Positions 29,707 to 39,589 of a DNA stretch of 64,000 bases are shown piece by piece. The stretch spans positions 1 through 64,000 of the forward strand of contig JBHLKM010000018.1 of NCBI GenBank assembly GCA_048886685.1. Direction: 5' to 3'. Both the position numbers and the translations under genes were made by a program. Numbering within the stretch: position 1 is the first letter of the stretch; every line of letters starts with the position of its first letter. The notes below the pieces were generated by a model. That model was given only the letters and a program-made list of their open reading frames with translations, was not told the origin of the DNA and searched no databases. The stretch is from Candidatus Hodarchaeota archaeon (lineage in GTDB: Archaea > Asgardarchaeota > Lokiarchaeia > Sigyniarchaeales > SOKP01).

Positions 29707-30809
29707 AGTTTTGTATAATAGGAGCAGGAAATGGTGGTCGTGCATTCGCCGCATATCTTTCTTCCAGAGGACATAAAGTGAATCTCTATAATCGTTCATT
29801 TTCAAGAATCGTGGATATAAAGAAGAAAGGTGGAATTAAAGTGTCTGGAGAAATAAAAGGATTTTTTCGATGTAATTTGGTCACACAGAATTTAAAATTA
29901 GCAATAAGAGATGTTGATGTAATTTTAATAGTTGTCCCTGCTTCTGCACATAAAGAAATTGCTGATAAGATAGCAAAATATCTTTCTCCCGATCAAATAA
30001 TCCTATTAAATCCTGGAAGAACTTTTGGCGCTATTGAATTTCGACGTACAATTGAAAAAAAAGGTCTCTCATTTCCTATTTTCATTGCCGAAACTCAAAC
30101 ATTAATTTTTACATCAAGGCAACTAAAAAAGAATGGTGTAAAAATCCTTAGAATTAAAGATACTGTCGATCTTGCTGCATTTCCCGAAAAAGATACCTTC
30201 TTTGTATATGATACCTTAAAAGACGTATTTCCTCAGCTAAATGCTGTAGATGATTACCTAGAAATGACATTAAATAATATTGGAATGTTATTGCATCCAA
30301 CACTTTCATTATTAAATGCTGGTGCCATGGATTGTGGAAAAGAATTTAAATTTTATGCAGAGGGTGCAACCCGTCGTACATGTGAAGTCCTTGAAACTAT
30401 TCAGAATGAATTGAATAAAATATTTGAAATTTTGGGTTTCAAACTATTAAGATTTTGTAATTGGGCAAAAAAATCATATCATGTAAAAAAAAATCAGATC
30501 TACAATACTATTCAAAATATAAAAGCATATGAAAATATTAAAGCACCAAAAAAATTAATAACTAGATACTTTACCGAAGATGTCCCTACTGGACTTGTTC
30601 CCATCTCCTCTTTAGCAAAATTTTTAGGAGTTGAAACACCAATAATTGACTCTATAATAAATATCTCATCGATTTTATGTGGAATTAATTTCAAAAATGA
30701 AGGCAGAACTCTTGAAAAACTAGAAATTATAGATTTTATAAAAAAGAGAATAATAATTAAACAAGATTTAGATAAATTAGAGGAAATCTCAATAAAAACT
30801 ACTATTTAA
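29703..30809 (+). CDS. NAD(P)-dependent opine (octopine/nopaline) dehydrogenase family protein
   Basis: IGAGNGG Rossmann motif, LNPGRTFG, AETQT, NIGMLLHP, RYFTEDVPTGLVP; ATGA-overlap with the B12 gene. Confidence 0.9.
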   Translation: MKFCIIGAGNGGRAFAAYLSSRGHKVNLYNRSFSRIVDIKKKGGIKVSGEIKGFFRCNLVTQNLKLAIRDVDVILIVVPASAHKEIADKIAKYLSPDQIILLNPGRTFGAIEFRRTIEKKGLSFPIFIAETQTLIFTSRQLKKNGVKILRIKDTVDLAAFPEKDTFFVYDTLKDVFPQLNAVDDYLEMTLNNIGMLLHPTLSLLNAGAMDCGKEFKFYAEGATRRTCEVLETIQNELNKIFEILGFKLLRFCNWAKKSYHVKKNQIYNTIQNIKAYENIKAPKKLITRYFTEDVPTGLVPISSLAKFLGVETPIIDSIINISSILCGINFKNEGRTLEKLEIIDFIKKRIIIKQDLDKLEEISIKTTI

Positions 30810-30818
30810 TTTTATATC

Positions 30819-31781
30819 TTATTCCTTTTCAATTTCTTCTTTAGAGAATTTCTCCTTTATTTTTTCTTTAATATCTTCAATCATTATTCCTTGTAACTTC
30901 AGGAGTTTATTTACAAAAATTATTGAAGCAATAGAGATTCCGATAAGATAAAATATATTCATAGTCCATAGGAGATTTTCAATAGTGACATAAAGATCAA
31001 ATCTGAGGATAGGAGATAAAACTGCTATTAAGCCACTACAAATAATGGAAATAAGCAGAGCATATTTTTCATATATCTCGGGATCTTTATCAATGATAAA
31101 AACTTTTATCCAGAATAATAAACATACAAATGTTATAGGTGTAAAAATAAGGGTACCAATTGCAAAGGGAATCAAAAGATATATAGCAAATTTATGTCGC
31201 CAAACCTCTAGTAAATCTTTTAATGTCTTCTGGTCCTGTATCTGCTTTTTAGCATATTCCTTTCTGAATCCATAATACTTTTTTTTAATCCCTCGCCCAA
31301 CCTGTTTTGCACCTTTCTTAAATCTCTTAAAAAAACCCTGATCAGCTGCATCTTGAAATTCTTCTCTGATAATAGGGATAATATACAACGTTATCAATAA
31401 TGAGGCTATACCATAAATATATATGATTAAATCAAACACTAATCCAAATCCTTCTTGAGTTCCGCCCCATTCAAAATAGCTCGAAAATATAGCATATGTG
31501 GCATAAACAATTAAAACTATTGGAATCAAAATCTGGAATATGACAATATAATTTACAAATTTTTTATTTTTAGCCATCTTTTCTTTTGTTTTATCGAGAA
31601 GGATAAGAAAACCATTAGCAATGCTTAAGATCAATCCAAATCCCGAAAGAAATTTAACGATCCAGAAAAAAAATAAAAAACTGATAGATAAGATATTTAT
31701 GCTGAATAGAATGAAAAACATCAAAACAGTAGTTATAGCTAGCCCAATAATATAAAGAATAGTATAGTTTCTATCATCCAT
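30819..31781 (-). CDS. Hypothetical polytopic membrane protein with basic cytoplasmic loop
   Basis: About 7 hydrophobic segments; K/R-rich loop at about aa 140-195. Confidence 0.7.
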   Translation of the reverse strand: MDDRNYTILYIIGLAITTVLMFFILFSINILSISFLFFFWIVKFLSGFGLILSIANGFLILLDKTKEKMAKNKKFVNYIVIFQILIPIVLIVYATYAIFSSYFEWGGTQEGFGLVFDLIIYIYGIASLLITLYIIPIIREEFQDAADQGFFKRFKKGAKQVGRGIKKKYYGFRKEYAKKQIQDQKTLKDLLEVWRHKFAIYLLIPFAIGTLIFTPITFVCLLFWIKVFIIDKDPEIYEKYALLISIICSGLIAVLSPILRFDLYVTIENLLWTMNIFYLIGISIASIIFVNKLLKLQGIMIEDIKEKIKEKFSKEEIEKE

Positions 31782-31815
31782 GTGAAATATAAAAGATCGC
31801 GGTATTTAACTTTTT

Positions 31816-32550
31816 TTATCCATGGTTTTTATTGTAAGAGCATAACCATAGAAAATTTTCAATAATTTCCTGCCCGATCATCCTTGTTTTGTTAGCAATT
31901 CGTTCATCAAATAAGCTTGGATGAAAATAGTAAGGATTGTGAGTTTCTGGGTGAAATTGAAGAGCAAAGATTGGTTGTTCAGTATGTCTCATATACTGAA
32001 CCATATTGTATCCTATTGTTCTAGAAGTACTGAGGATTTCAAAATTATTTTGAATATTGCAATCATTGGGAGAAATAAAGTCAAGGTGATGAACATTTAC
32101 GGGGATATTTTTTTGTGTTATTAATTCATCAGTTTTTTTAATTAAGATAAAAATAATTCTTCCTCCTAAACCAAGAATTCTCATACGACATATTTGAGCA
32201 CCAAAAGCATAGGCTACTAAATGAAATCCAAAACAAAGTGCAAGAATAGGTTTTTGATTGCTATTCTGAATTAATTCTAATTGAGAGTTAAATTTCCTTT
32301 TTAATCTCTCATCATAGTAAAAACTGGAAACATTCAATTCAGAGCCTGATAAAATTACTCCTTGATAATCCTTTACCATTTTTAATTTAAATTGAGTAAA
32401 ATGGATAGTTTTTAGCTCCAATTCCGCTATACAATCTTTTATGATAGTTTCGATTCTTGCTATTCGATCTGTTGGAAAACCTCGAGAATAATTGTCTATA
32501 AGAAGTATTTTATTTTGTTTATCATTTTCAGACAACTTTTCTTCAACCAT
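31816..32550 (-). CDS. Class I glutamine amidotransferase-like hydrolase
   Basis: LLIDNY, VILSGS, LALCFGFH (Cys), QFHPE (His-Glu) complete triad. Confidence 0.88.
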   Translation of the reverse strand: MVEEKLSENDKQNKILLIDNYSRGFPTDRIARIETIIKDCIAELELKTIHFTQFKLKMVKDYQGVILSGSELNVSSFYYDERLKRKFNSQLELIQNSNQKPILALCFGFHLVAYAFGAQICRMRILGLGGRIIFILIKKTDELITQKNIPVNVHHLDFISPNDCNIQNNFEILSTSRTIGYNMVQYMRHTEQPIFALQFHPETHNPYYFHPSLFDERIANKTRMIGQEIIENFLWLCSYNKNHG

Positions 32551-32567
32551 CTATCTCATCTAAACAC

Positions 32568-32927
32568 TTATGTAAATTTTTTAATTAAAATTTCAGAAGG
32601 ATAATAAGTAAATGCATCTAATTCTTTTCTATTATCCAATACTATTTTCACTAAAATTCTATGGTATAATTCTCCTTCCCCCTCGATTATATCGATTTGA
32701 GAGATAAGAACATGGTCTAAACCGTAATATATTTCACCGTTAACTCTAGAAGAATCATCTCGAATAATAAATGGAAATCCCAAAGAAGGAGGCGTCACTT
32801 TTCTATAATTAAATAGAGTAGCTTTGTCATACTTCAAACCTCTAAGGATATAATTTCGACTTTGCCCATGTTGTAATGTTCCATAGACAAAAAGATTGTA
32901 AAATTCACTCTTTATTTTCATTTCCAT
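32568..32927 (-). CDS. Gamma-glutamylcyclotransferase (AIG2/GGACT-like)
   Basis: LFVYGTL, VNGEIY, IDIIEGEGELYHR with catalytic Glu. Confidence 0.9.
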   Translation of the reverse strand: MEMKIKSEFYNLFVYGTLQHGQSRNYILRGLKYDKATLFNYRKVTPPSLGFPFIIRDDSSRVNGEIYYGLDHVLISQIDIIEGEGELYHRILVKIVLDNRKELDAFTYYPSEILIKKFT

Positions 32928-32948
32928 CCCAATTTTTCTTCTAAAAAA

Positions 32949-34412
32949 TTAACGAAAGAAATCACCAAACAATCTATCAAGTAAAGATTCTGATTCAGAT
33001 TGTACTCTTAACACATGATCATTTTCTCTTAATGGTATTTTGAGATTTTGAACAACAAGATTATTAATTACTTTTATCCCCGTGAAATTTGTTGCCATTC
33101 CATCTACTTCATCATAGCTAAAATTATATTTTGCTTCCAATGTTCCTCGAACTTGTGTACCGCTCTCAATCCTATAACGATTTCTATTTCGGTCAATTAC
33201 AATTCTTGGATCTATTAATTCTACCATCACATAAGTTTTACCTTGTTGTCTTAATTTCTCAATTTTTCTTGATTGATATTCAACATCAAGCTCTTGTTGA
33301 GACATTTCTAATTGAATTTTTTTTGTTGGTAGATTTTTTATCTGAATACCTAAATATTCTTGATATTTCTTAGTTTCTTCGATCCAAGTTGATATGCTTT
33401 TTTCTAATGATTCTTTTTCCCCATTCTCTCTCTGAAAAATTGCTCTTGTTCCATTTGCAATGGCATTTTCAAGATTAATCATATGATAAGGATCCTGCAA
33501 AATTTCTCCTGTTTTTTGAAGTTTCATCGCATGCAGAGCAGAAACACAACATAGATAGGCAATATCTATTAAATCTTCAGTATTATATTGTACATCAACC
33601 ACTCTAACTTCAATTCTATTCCGGGAAGGTAATTCATCATTATCATCACTAATATTTGTAAATGGACCCCTTGGTGTAATATCTACAAGACGTTCTCCTC
33701 GACTATTTGTAATGACCTTTTTAGAAAACTCGTCCTTTTCAAATCCTATTTTAAGTTTATATCTCATACGCCCATAATATCGCATTGGAACCAAAGTTGG
33801 ACGATTTTCAGGAATTTCTATTACTGCAAATCCGTTTGATTTGAGGACGCTACTATTAGCACATCGATTACTAGCAATATTATTTAAATTTCCCTTAAAA
33901 ATACGCGAATTTGCTGATATTCCTATTATTTCTGGAAGATAATTCCATAAATAATTATAAACCACTTTCATCTCTTCAGGAGTCATCAATCCTCCTTCTC
34001 TTTGAACAGAAACGTTAATATGGGTTCCAGAAATTGGATTTGGATCGCTCTGTACTGGATGAAGACTCTGAGCAAGGATTTTAACTCCAAGCTGTTTCGC
34101 TGCGTCTGTTAATAATTTTCTTCCTTCTATAACAGCTTGTAGTAAAGATTCTGGAGGGAGTGGTAGAGTGACATATTCTATTTGTGAAGGTGACGGTTCA
34201 GCATCTAGCCCTCGTATTTTAACTTGAAGTGAACTCAAAAAATTTTGATCTCTTTCCAGAATTTCTGCAGATTTTACCATTATATCATCCGCAACTTTAG
34301 CTAGAGTGCCATTTTTATTTATGATTAGAAATTCTTCCTCAATTCCGCATAATACTTGATAATCTTTATGTAGATCTTGGTCTAATTCTTTTGTTTTCTG
34401 GTGAAACCTCAT
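32949..34412 (-). CDS. Glutamate--cysteine ligase family 2-like carboxylate-amine ligase with C-terminal extension
   Basis: CGIEEEFLII, EPSPSQIEYVT, GTHINVS, ANS, NRIEVRVVD; about 120 extra C-terminal residues. Confidence 0.8.
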   Translation of the reverse strand: MRFHQKTKELDQDLHKDYQVLCGIEEEFLIINKNGTLAKVADDIMVKSAEILERDQNFLSSLQVKIRGLDAEPSPSQIEYVTLPLPPESLLQAVIEGRKLLTDAAKQLGVKILAQSLHPVQSDPNPISGTHINVSVQREGGLMTPEEMKVVYNYLWNYLPEIIGISANSRIFKGNLNNIASNRCANSSVLKSNGFAVIEIPENRPTLVPMRYYGRMRYKLKIGFEKDEFSKKVITNSRGERLVDITPRGPFTNISDDNDELPSRNRIEVRVVDVQYNTEDLIDIAYLCCVSALHAMKLQKTGEILQDPYHMINLENAIANGTRAIFQRENGEKESLEKSISTWIEETKKYQEYLGIQIKNLPTKKIQLEMSQQELDVEYQSRKIEKLRQQGKTYVMVELIDPRIVIDRNRNRYRIESGTQVRGTLEAKYNFSYDEVDGMATNFTGIKVINNLVVQNLKIPLRENDHVLRVQSESESLLDRLFGDFFR

Positions 34413-34504
34413 AGAAATCCACTTTAACTTATAAATTTCTTGTGATATTAAAAAGAGATCCTATTAAAAAATTATCACATGATTTATAAGATCCTTTCCA
34501 TGAT

Positions 34505-35863
34505 TCATTTAAACATTTCCATGAATGCACCTAGACGGGTCTTTACTTGTTCAACATTTTCCCCCATCTTATTGAAATTAAGTGCGATACTTGGTATTTC
34601 TAATTCTCGACGTAGTTTTTCTTTTAACATGGTATAACAATTCGAAATGGAATGGCATCCGAATACTTGGACAAAAACAAGTCCATCAGCATTTAAATTC
34701 TTAGCTAATCTCACGTAGGAATCTGTTAAAGTATTATTATCGCATCCAATACCATTTGAAGATACTTTCATTAAAAAATGGGCATAAGCTTCGATGGGAT
34801 CAGTCAAATTTGAAATAGGAATGTCCTCTAAAAATAATAATAAATCCCAATCCCCATATAAAACTCTTCCTCCTAATTCATAAATTATATCATGACACTT
34901 TGGTTCCCAACCACCAAACATAGGAGTAATTAGAATTTTAGGCATTTGTGAAACATCCATTCCAATCCCTTTTCTAATTCTCCCTCTCATTTCCTCCAAT
35001 AAAGAAGAGATGTTGTCTCTAAATCGGGTAGCATTGGAATTATAATCATGATAACTAATGTTTAATAAAGCAAGAATTTCACTAAAGGTTGCAGGATTGC
35101 AGGGATAAAAATCTGAGGCACTTATTTCATACATTATTTTTTTATAAGCTTGATGAATTTGGTTAGCTGTTCTAAAGTGGTCTCTTAATGCGTTATCAGT
35201 ATAATTATGGTTACTAATTTTTTCTAATTCATTTAACCCTTTAGCAATATTATCCATAAAAAGTTCCGTAGAATTACCTATATCTCTAGGAGGTATTTCA
35301 ATCCAAATTTGTTTAGAGGGATTACCTATTGCTTTTATTGACTCAAGATATTTATTCCAAGCACTACATCGTATAGTATAATTTAAGTTCGCATCACAAT
35401 TCTTCCCTTTTGATACATTCATTCCATAAAGCGATTTAACACCATAACAGAAATCAGTAGGGATACCACATTCCTCACCAAAATCATACATTTCATTATA
35501 CTTGTCATTTATAGTAGCAATAACATCTTCGATAATATTATCAACGGTTTGACTTATATCTTTAATCCCAAGATCTTTTACAAAACCCAAAAAGTTGGTA
35601 ACTCTATTCCAGCCAAATATATTAGATGCTGATCCCAAATATGTAAGATATTTGTGAATCTTGAATTCATGCATTCTAATTGGGAAGACTGGAATTAGAT
35701 CTGGAAATGCATAAACCAAATCTGAAAATGGTAAAGCAACCGAGATTAATTTCTTTTTTTCTCTGAACTTCTTTCTCTTGAGATAATCTCTTCCCGTTAA
35801 AAAATTATATGCTATTCTTAACACTGAAGAGAATCTAATCAATTCATCAGCAACTAAACTCAT
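34505..35863 (-). CDS. 2-hydroxyacyl-CoA dehydratase subunit (HgdA/FldB/BcrB-like)
   Basis: DFCYG, IRCSAW, ADGLVFVQVFGCHS, C-terminal QVKTRLGAFMEM; in a cluster with the second subunit and the activator. Confidence 0.85.
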   Translation of the reverse strand: MSLVADELIRFSSVLRIAYNFLTGRDYLKRKKFREKKKLISVALPFSDLVYAFPDLIPVFPIRMHEFKIHKYLTYLGSASNIFGWNRVTNFLGFVKDLGIKDISQTVDNIIEDVIATINDKYNEMYDFGEECGIPTDFCYGVKSLYGMNVSKGKNCDANLNYTIRCSAWNKYLESIKAIGNPSKQIWIEIPPRDIGNSTELFMDNIAKGLNELEKISNHNYTDNALRDHFRTANQIHQAYKKIMYEISASDFYPCNPATFSEILALLNISYHDYNSNATRFRDNISSLLEEMRGRIRKGIGMDVSQMPKILITPMFGGWEPKCHDIIYELGGRVLYGDWDLLLFLEDIPISNLTDPIEAYAHFLMKVSSNGIGCDNNTLTDSYVRLAKNLNADGLVFVQVFGCHSISNCYTMLKEKLRRELEIPSIALNFNKMGENVEQVKTRLGAFMEMFK

Positions 35864-35866
35864 CTT

Positions 35867-37009
35867 TTACATCATCTCCAAAAATGCTTCAATTCTTGTT
35901 GATAATTGTCCTCTATTAGCTCTAGAATAATCTCTTTCTAAATTTAATACACTAATTCCTTTCTCTTGTAGTAGGTTTTTTAAATGTGAGGACATAATTG
36001 ACATGTGATCACAAAATTTAATGATGTGGTTTATTACCCCAATTTTTTTTCCCGTAGTGCTTTTATGAAGCTCAAAAAATTCTTCTATATGTGAGATTTT
36101 GGTTTCTAAGAAATTCGGCACCGCATGATCTCCATATAAATTGTTTTTGAATCTGTGAACTAATAGATCAATTGGATCATCTGAGGAATTTATTATTTGC
36201 TCATCAATAATTTGTGAATAATAATTAAATCCAATCCATGTATCAAAAAAAACGACATTTCCACCACCCTCCTCAATCAAATCGATTAAATAATCATTAA
36301 TGAAAATAGAACAACCTGTAAGTAAAACATCCTTAGAACTGTTGAAAACCTGAGCTATTACGTGGTCTTGGAAATATTTTTCTAATTTTGGAAGAAATTC
36401 AGGTCCATATAAGATTGCTCTTTGTAGAAATTTTAATTTTTGAGAACCTTTTATGGTTAAATTGCTTAATTCTGATAATTTTTTCTTAAAATTATTATAT
36501 TTTTCAATACTTTTTGTCAAATCCTGAACTTTTATTTCAGATCCTTTAATTTTTTCAATTTCTTCTTTTAAAGCCATTAATTCTAGCTTAAAATACTTTG
36601 AACTATTTTCCGTTTTAGTGTATGATACATAGAATTTCAGATAAGGAATATTGTGATATTTTGCTATTATTTCTGATGCACAAATGTCTGAAACACAATG
36701 ATTTGAGATTATAAAATAATCAACCAAATCTAGAAATTTATAATTATTAGGTTTTGTAGAAAAGGCTCCAATACATGATTGAGCAAATGAACAAGTCGAA
36801 GGGGGCAGAAAATCATGACTAGCATCCATTAATTCATCATTTCCAGCAAACATCATTCTTAAAGGAATAAAACCAGCAGCATCGATTAACTCTTCTGGAA
36901 TATTATCATGAGATATGAAAGCAATTACTTTTTTACCCTCTTCCTTCTTTTCTTTAAGATAAATATAATAATCTGATAGAAATTCAGAATCTTCCATTTC
37001 TATAATCAT
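35867..37009 (-). CDS. 2-hydroxyacyl-CoA dehydratase subunit (HgdB/FldC/BcrC-like)
   Basis: IPEELIDAAGFIP, TCSFAQSC, NHC, KFCD, LERDY...GQLSTRIEAFLEM. Confidence 0.88.
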   Translation of the reverse strand: MIIEMEDSEFLSDYYIYLKEKKEEGKKVIAFISHDNIPEELIDAAGFIPLRMMFAGNDELMDASHDFLPPSTCSFAQSCIGAFSTKPNNYKFLDLVDYFIISNHCVSDICASEIIAKYHNIPYLKFYVSYTKTENSSKYFKLELMALKEEIEKIKGSEIKVQDLTKSIEKYNNFKKKLSELSNLTIKGSQKLKFLQRAILYGPEFLPKLEKYFQDHVIAQVFNSSKDVLLTGCSIFINDYLIDLIEEGGGNVVFFDTWIGFNYYSQIIDEQIINSSDDPIDLLVHRFKNNLYGDHAVPNFLETKISHIEEFFELHKSTTGKKIGVINHIIKFCDHMSIMSSHLKNLLQEKGISVLNLERDYSRANRGQLSTRIEAFLEMM

Positions 37010-37087
37010 AAAAATTTTGAATTATTAAACAAAAAAGAGTTAATTGTTCATAAAATTTATTGATATAAAAACTAAATAGAAAACAGA

Positions 37088-37867
37088 TTAATCGTCATTA
37101 TGTTCTTGAGCAATTAAAGCTGCTCCGATTGCTCCTGTTAACTGGGGATGATTTGGGATTACTATTTCATAACCTAATTCTTCTTCTAAGAACTTTTTAA
37201 CTGCTACATTTTTAGCAACACCTCCACAAAAAACAAGTAAAGGTGCTACTCCTATACGTTTAGCCATGCCTGCGACTCTCCTAGCAATGGATTTATGAAT
37301 TCCCGCTGCTATATCATGTTTTGCTGTACCTCTGGCAAATAAGGAAATTACTTCACTCTCAGCGAAAACAGTACATGTAGAACTAATTGCTGAGGGTTTA
37401 TTTGAGTTTAATGCGAGATCTCCAATTTCTTCTATTGGAACTTCAAGTGCATGAGCCATGACTTCTAAAAACCTTCCAGTTCCTGCTGCACATTTATCAT
37501 TCATTTGAAAGTCCATAACATTACCAGTTTTTTTGGATATAAGAATGGCTTTAGAATCCTGACCTCCAATATCAATAACAGAGTGTGCTTCTGGAAAAAA
37601 ATATTGTGCTCCACGGGCATGTGCTGTAATTTCTGTGATTCGATCATTAGCAATATCAATTGTATTGCGTCCATACCCAGTAGACATAATGAAAACATCA
37701 CTTTTACTCAAATTATTTTTTTCCAAGATCTCATTAAAAAGATTATTACCTACTCTTTTAAAATCGAATGTAGATCTTTCAACTCGAAAATCAACCAATT
37801 TTCCCTCATTCACTAGTACAATTTTAGTAACGAGAGATCCGATATCTAGTCCAATAAAATTTTGCAT
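37088..37867 (-). CDS. 2-hydroxyacyl-CoA dehydratase activator (HgdC/BadFG ASKHA ATPase, [4Fe-4S])
   Basis: GLDIGS, TGYGR, TEITAHARGA, IDIGGQDSK, MNDKCAAGTGRFLE, SSTCTVFAESE, GGVAKN, GAIGAAL. Confidence 0.95.
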   Translation of the reverse strand: MQNFIGLDIGSLVTKIVLVNEGKLVDFRVERSTFDFKRVGNNLFNEILEKNNLSKSDVFIMSTGYGRNTIDIANDRITEITAHARGAQYFFPEAHSVIDIGGQDSKAILISKKTGNVMDFQMNDKCAAGTGRFLEVMAHALEVPIEEIGDLALNSNKPSAISSTCTVFAESEVISLFARGTAKHDIAAGIHKSIARRVAGMAKRIGVAPLLVFCGGVAKNVAVKKFLEEELGYEIVIPNHPQLTGAIGAALIAQEHNDD

Positions 37868-37946
37868 TTTATTTTTTCCATAATATAGTTAGATGGGTAA
37901 ATGAAAATCAAAAAATAAAATTTATGATAATAATCGAGATAATATT

Positions 37947-38675
37947 TTAACCTAATAAGAATATAGAAATAATTAGTGTTAATGTAAACGCAAAAACCAT
38001 CTGAAGTATATTTTTAACTATAGATTCTTTAGAAATGACTCCTAAAAAGACCCCGAGTAAAATAATACAGATTAGAATTATACTAAATGAAATAATAAAA
38101 GTAGAAAAATTAGCTATTGGTGCATAAAAGAACGGAAATAATGGTACAAGGCCTCCTAAAAATGGTGATAAGCCATTTACAAACGCTACAATAATACTTG
38201 CAAATCTTTCAGCTTTTTCTTGGATGTTTTTAGTTCTTTTTTTCTTTTTTTTCTGATTATTATTTGTATTAATCTCAATACTGTTTGCTTTAATATTTAT
38301 GTTATTCCCTATTTTAGTTAACATTGCTTTTTCAATTTCTTTTCTACTTGCTTCTTCATCAATTTGATCTTCTTTTTCTTCAGTAATTATCATTGCTCTT
38401 TTTAATTCTTCTTTTATTTTTTTTTGTTCTGCTTTTTCTGAAAGATAGGATCCTGTTATCCCTGATATAAACATAGATATAGATGATCCTACTCCCGTTA
38501 GAATAACAAGATGGCTATCGACTGAGATCTGTCCTTCCTTAAGTATTAGTGCAAAGAATCCCAAGAGGATACCCAAAACTGTTAACATCCCATCATAAAA
38601 ATTATTCACAAAATAACGGCGAGCAATTGCCCACAAATTTGTTATTTTTGAATATACTCTGATTTTTTCGAGCAT
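37947..38675 (-). CDS. VIT1/CCC1-like (TIGR00267-type) membrane protein, copy 1
   Basis: ARRYFVNNFYDG, SMFISG..GSYLSEKAE, charged loop, NGLSPFLGGLVPLFPF. Confidence 0.8.
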   Translation of the reverse strand: MLEKIRVYSKITNLWAIARRYFVNNFYDGMLTVLGILLGFFALILKEGQISVDSHLVILTGVGSSISMFISGITGSYLSEKAEQKKIKEELKRAMIITEEKEDQIDEEASRKEIEKAMLTKIGNNINIKANSIEINTNNNQKKKKKRTKNIQEKAERFASIIVAFVNGLSPFLGGLVPLFPFFYAPIANFSTFIISFSIILICIILLGVFLGVISKESIVKNILQMVFAFTLTLIISIFLLG

Positions 38676-38740
38676 TCTTATTAATCTAATTTTACTTTAG
38701 TTTGGATTAAAAATCTGATTTATTAACACACCCTATAATT

Positions 38741-39409
38741 TTAGATACCTAACAATATTGATATAAGAAGAGTAACAATCCCAGCAGTAACTAAATGTAT
38801 GGCATATCTTACACGTCCCCCACCTGAAATCTTTCCTAAAAAGTTACCTAAATAAATAAGCAGTATAGCAAGTACAATATAAGAAAAGATAAAATGTATG
38901 AGAGACAATTTTACGCCAAAGAAAAATGGAATTAAAGGTAAAGAGGATCCTAACACTGGAGCACCTCCGTCAACTAGGGAAGCAACTATAGTTGCGAAAT
39001 CCTCAGCTTTTTCTAGTAAAGTCTTGTCTTTTTTATTTTTCATATTATTTTTTAAATCGTGTTCCAATATATCGCTATTTTCATCTTCTTTTTCCTCGAT
39101 CATTGCCATATCTTTTTTCATGTCATCAACTTTCTTCTTTCTTTCAGCTTCTTCAGAAAGAAAAGCACCCCATAGACCACTTATACCAATAGCTAATGCT
39201 GTAGCGAAACCAGTAACAGTAACGGTTTGAGGGGTGAATTGAGTTGCATTTTTACTCAGAAAAATAATGAAAATACCACTCACGATTCCAGCGCAAGTTA
39301 AAGCGCCATCAAAACAGTTATTGAAAAATTTACGTCGAGCAATTATACCCAAATCGGACATTTTTGAATATTCTTTCCAACTTTTTAACGTTTCACGAAA
39401 TTTTACCAA
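38741..39409 (-). CDS. VIT1/CCC1-like (TIGR00267-type) membrane protein, copy 2
   Basis: ARRKFFNNCFDG, ISGLWGAFLSEEAER, DGGAPVLGSSLPLIPF. Confidence 0.8.
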   Translation of the reverse strand: MVKFRETLKSWKEYSKMSDLGIIARRKFFNNCFDGALTCAGIVSGIFIIFLSKNATQFTPQTVTVTGFATALAIGISGLWGAFLSEEAERKKKVDDMKKDMAMIEEKEDENSDILEHDLKNNMKNKKDKTLLEKAEDFATIVASLVDGGAPVLGSSLPLIPFFFGVKLSLIHFIFSYIVLAILLIYLGNFLGKISGGGRVRYAIHLVTAGIVTLLISILLGI

Positions 39410-39589
39410 TTCTATTCCTCAAAAATCGTTGTTAAACTAAAAATATAGTCTCTTATTCCCAAATTATTCAAGTTGTTTTTAAATACTTATTTAATAATAT
39501 ATTTTATCTTTATTATATTTTTATTGGGAGTGATCTATGTATATTGGATAATTTTGGTATTATAGAAAAAAAAAGTTAAAAAAAATATT

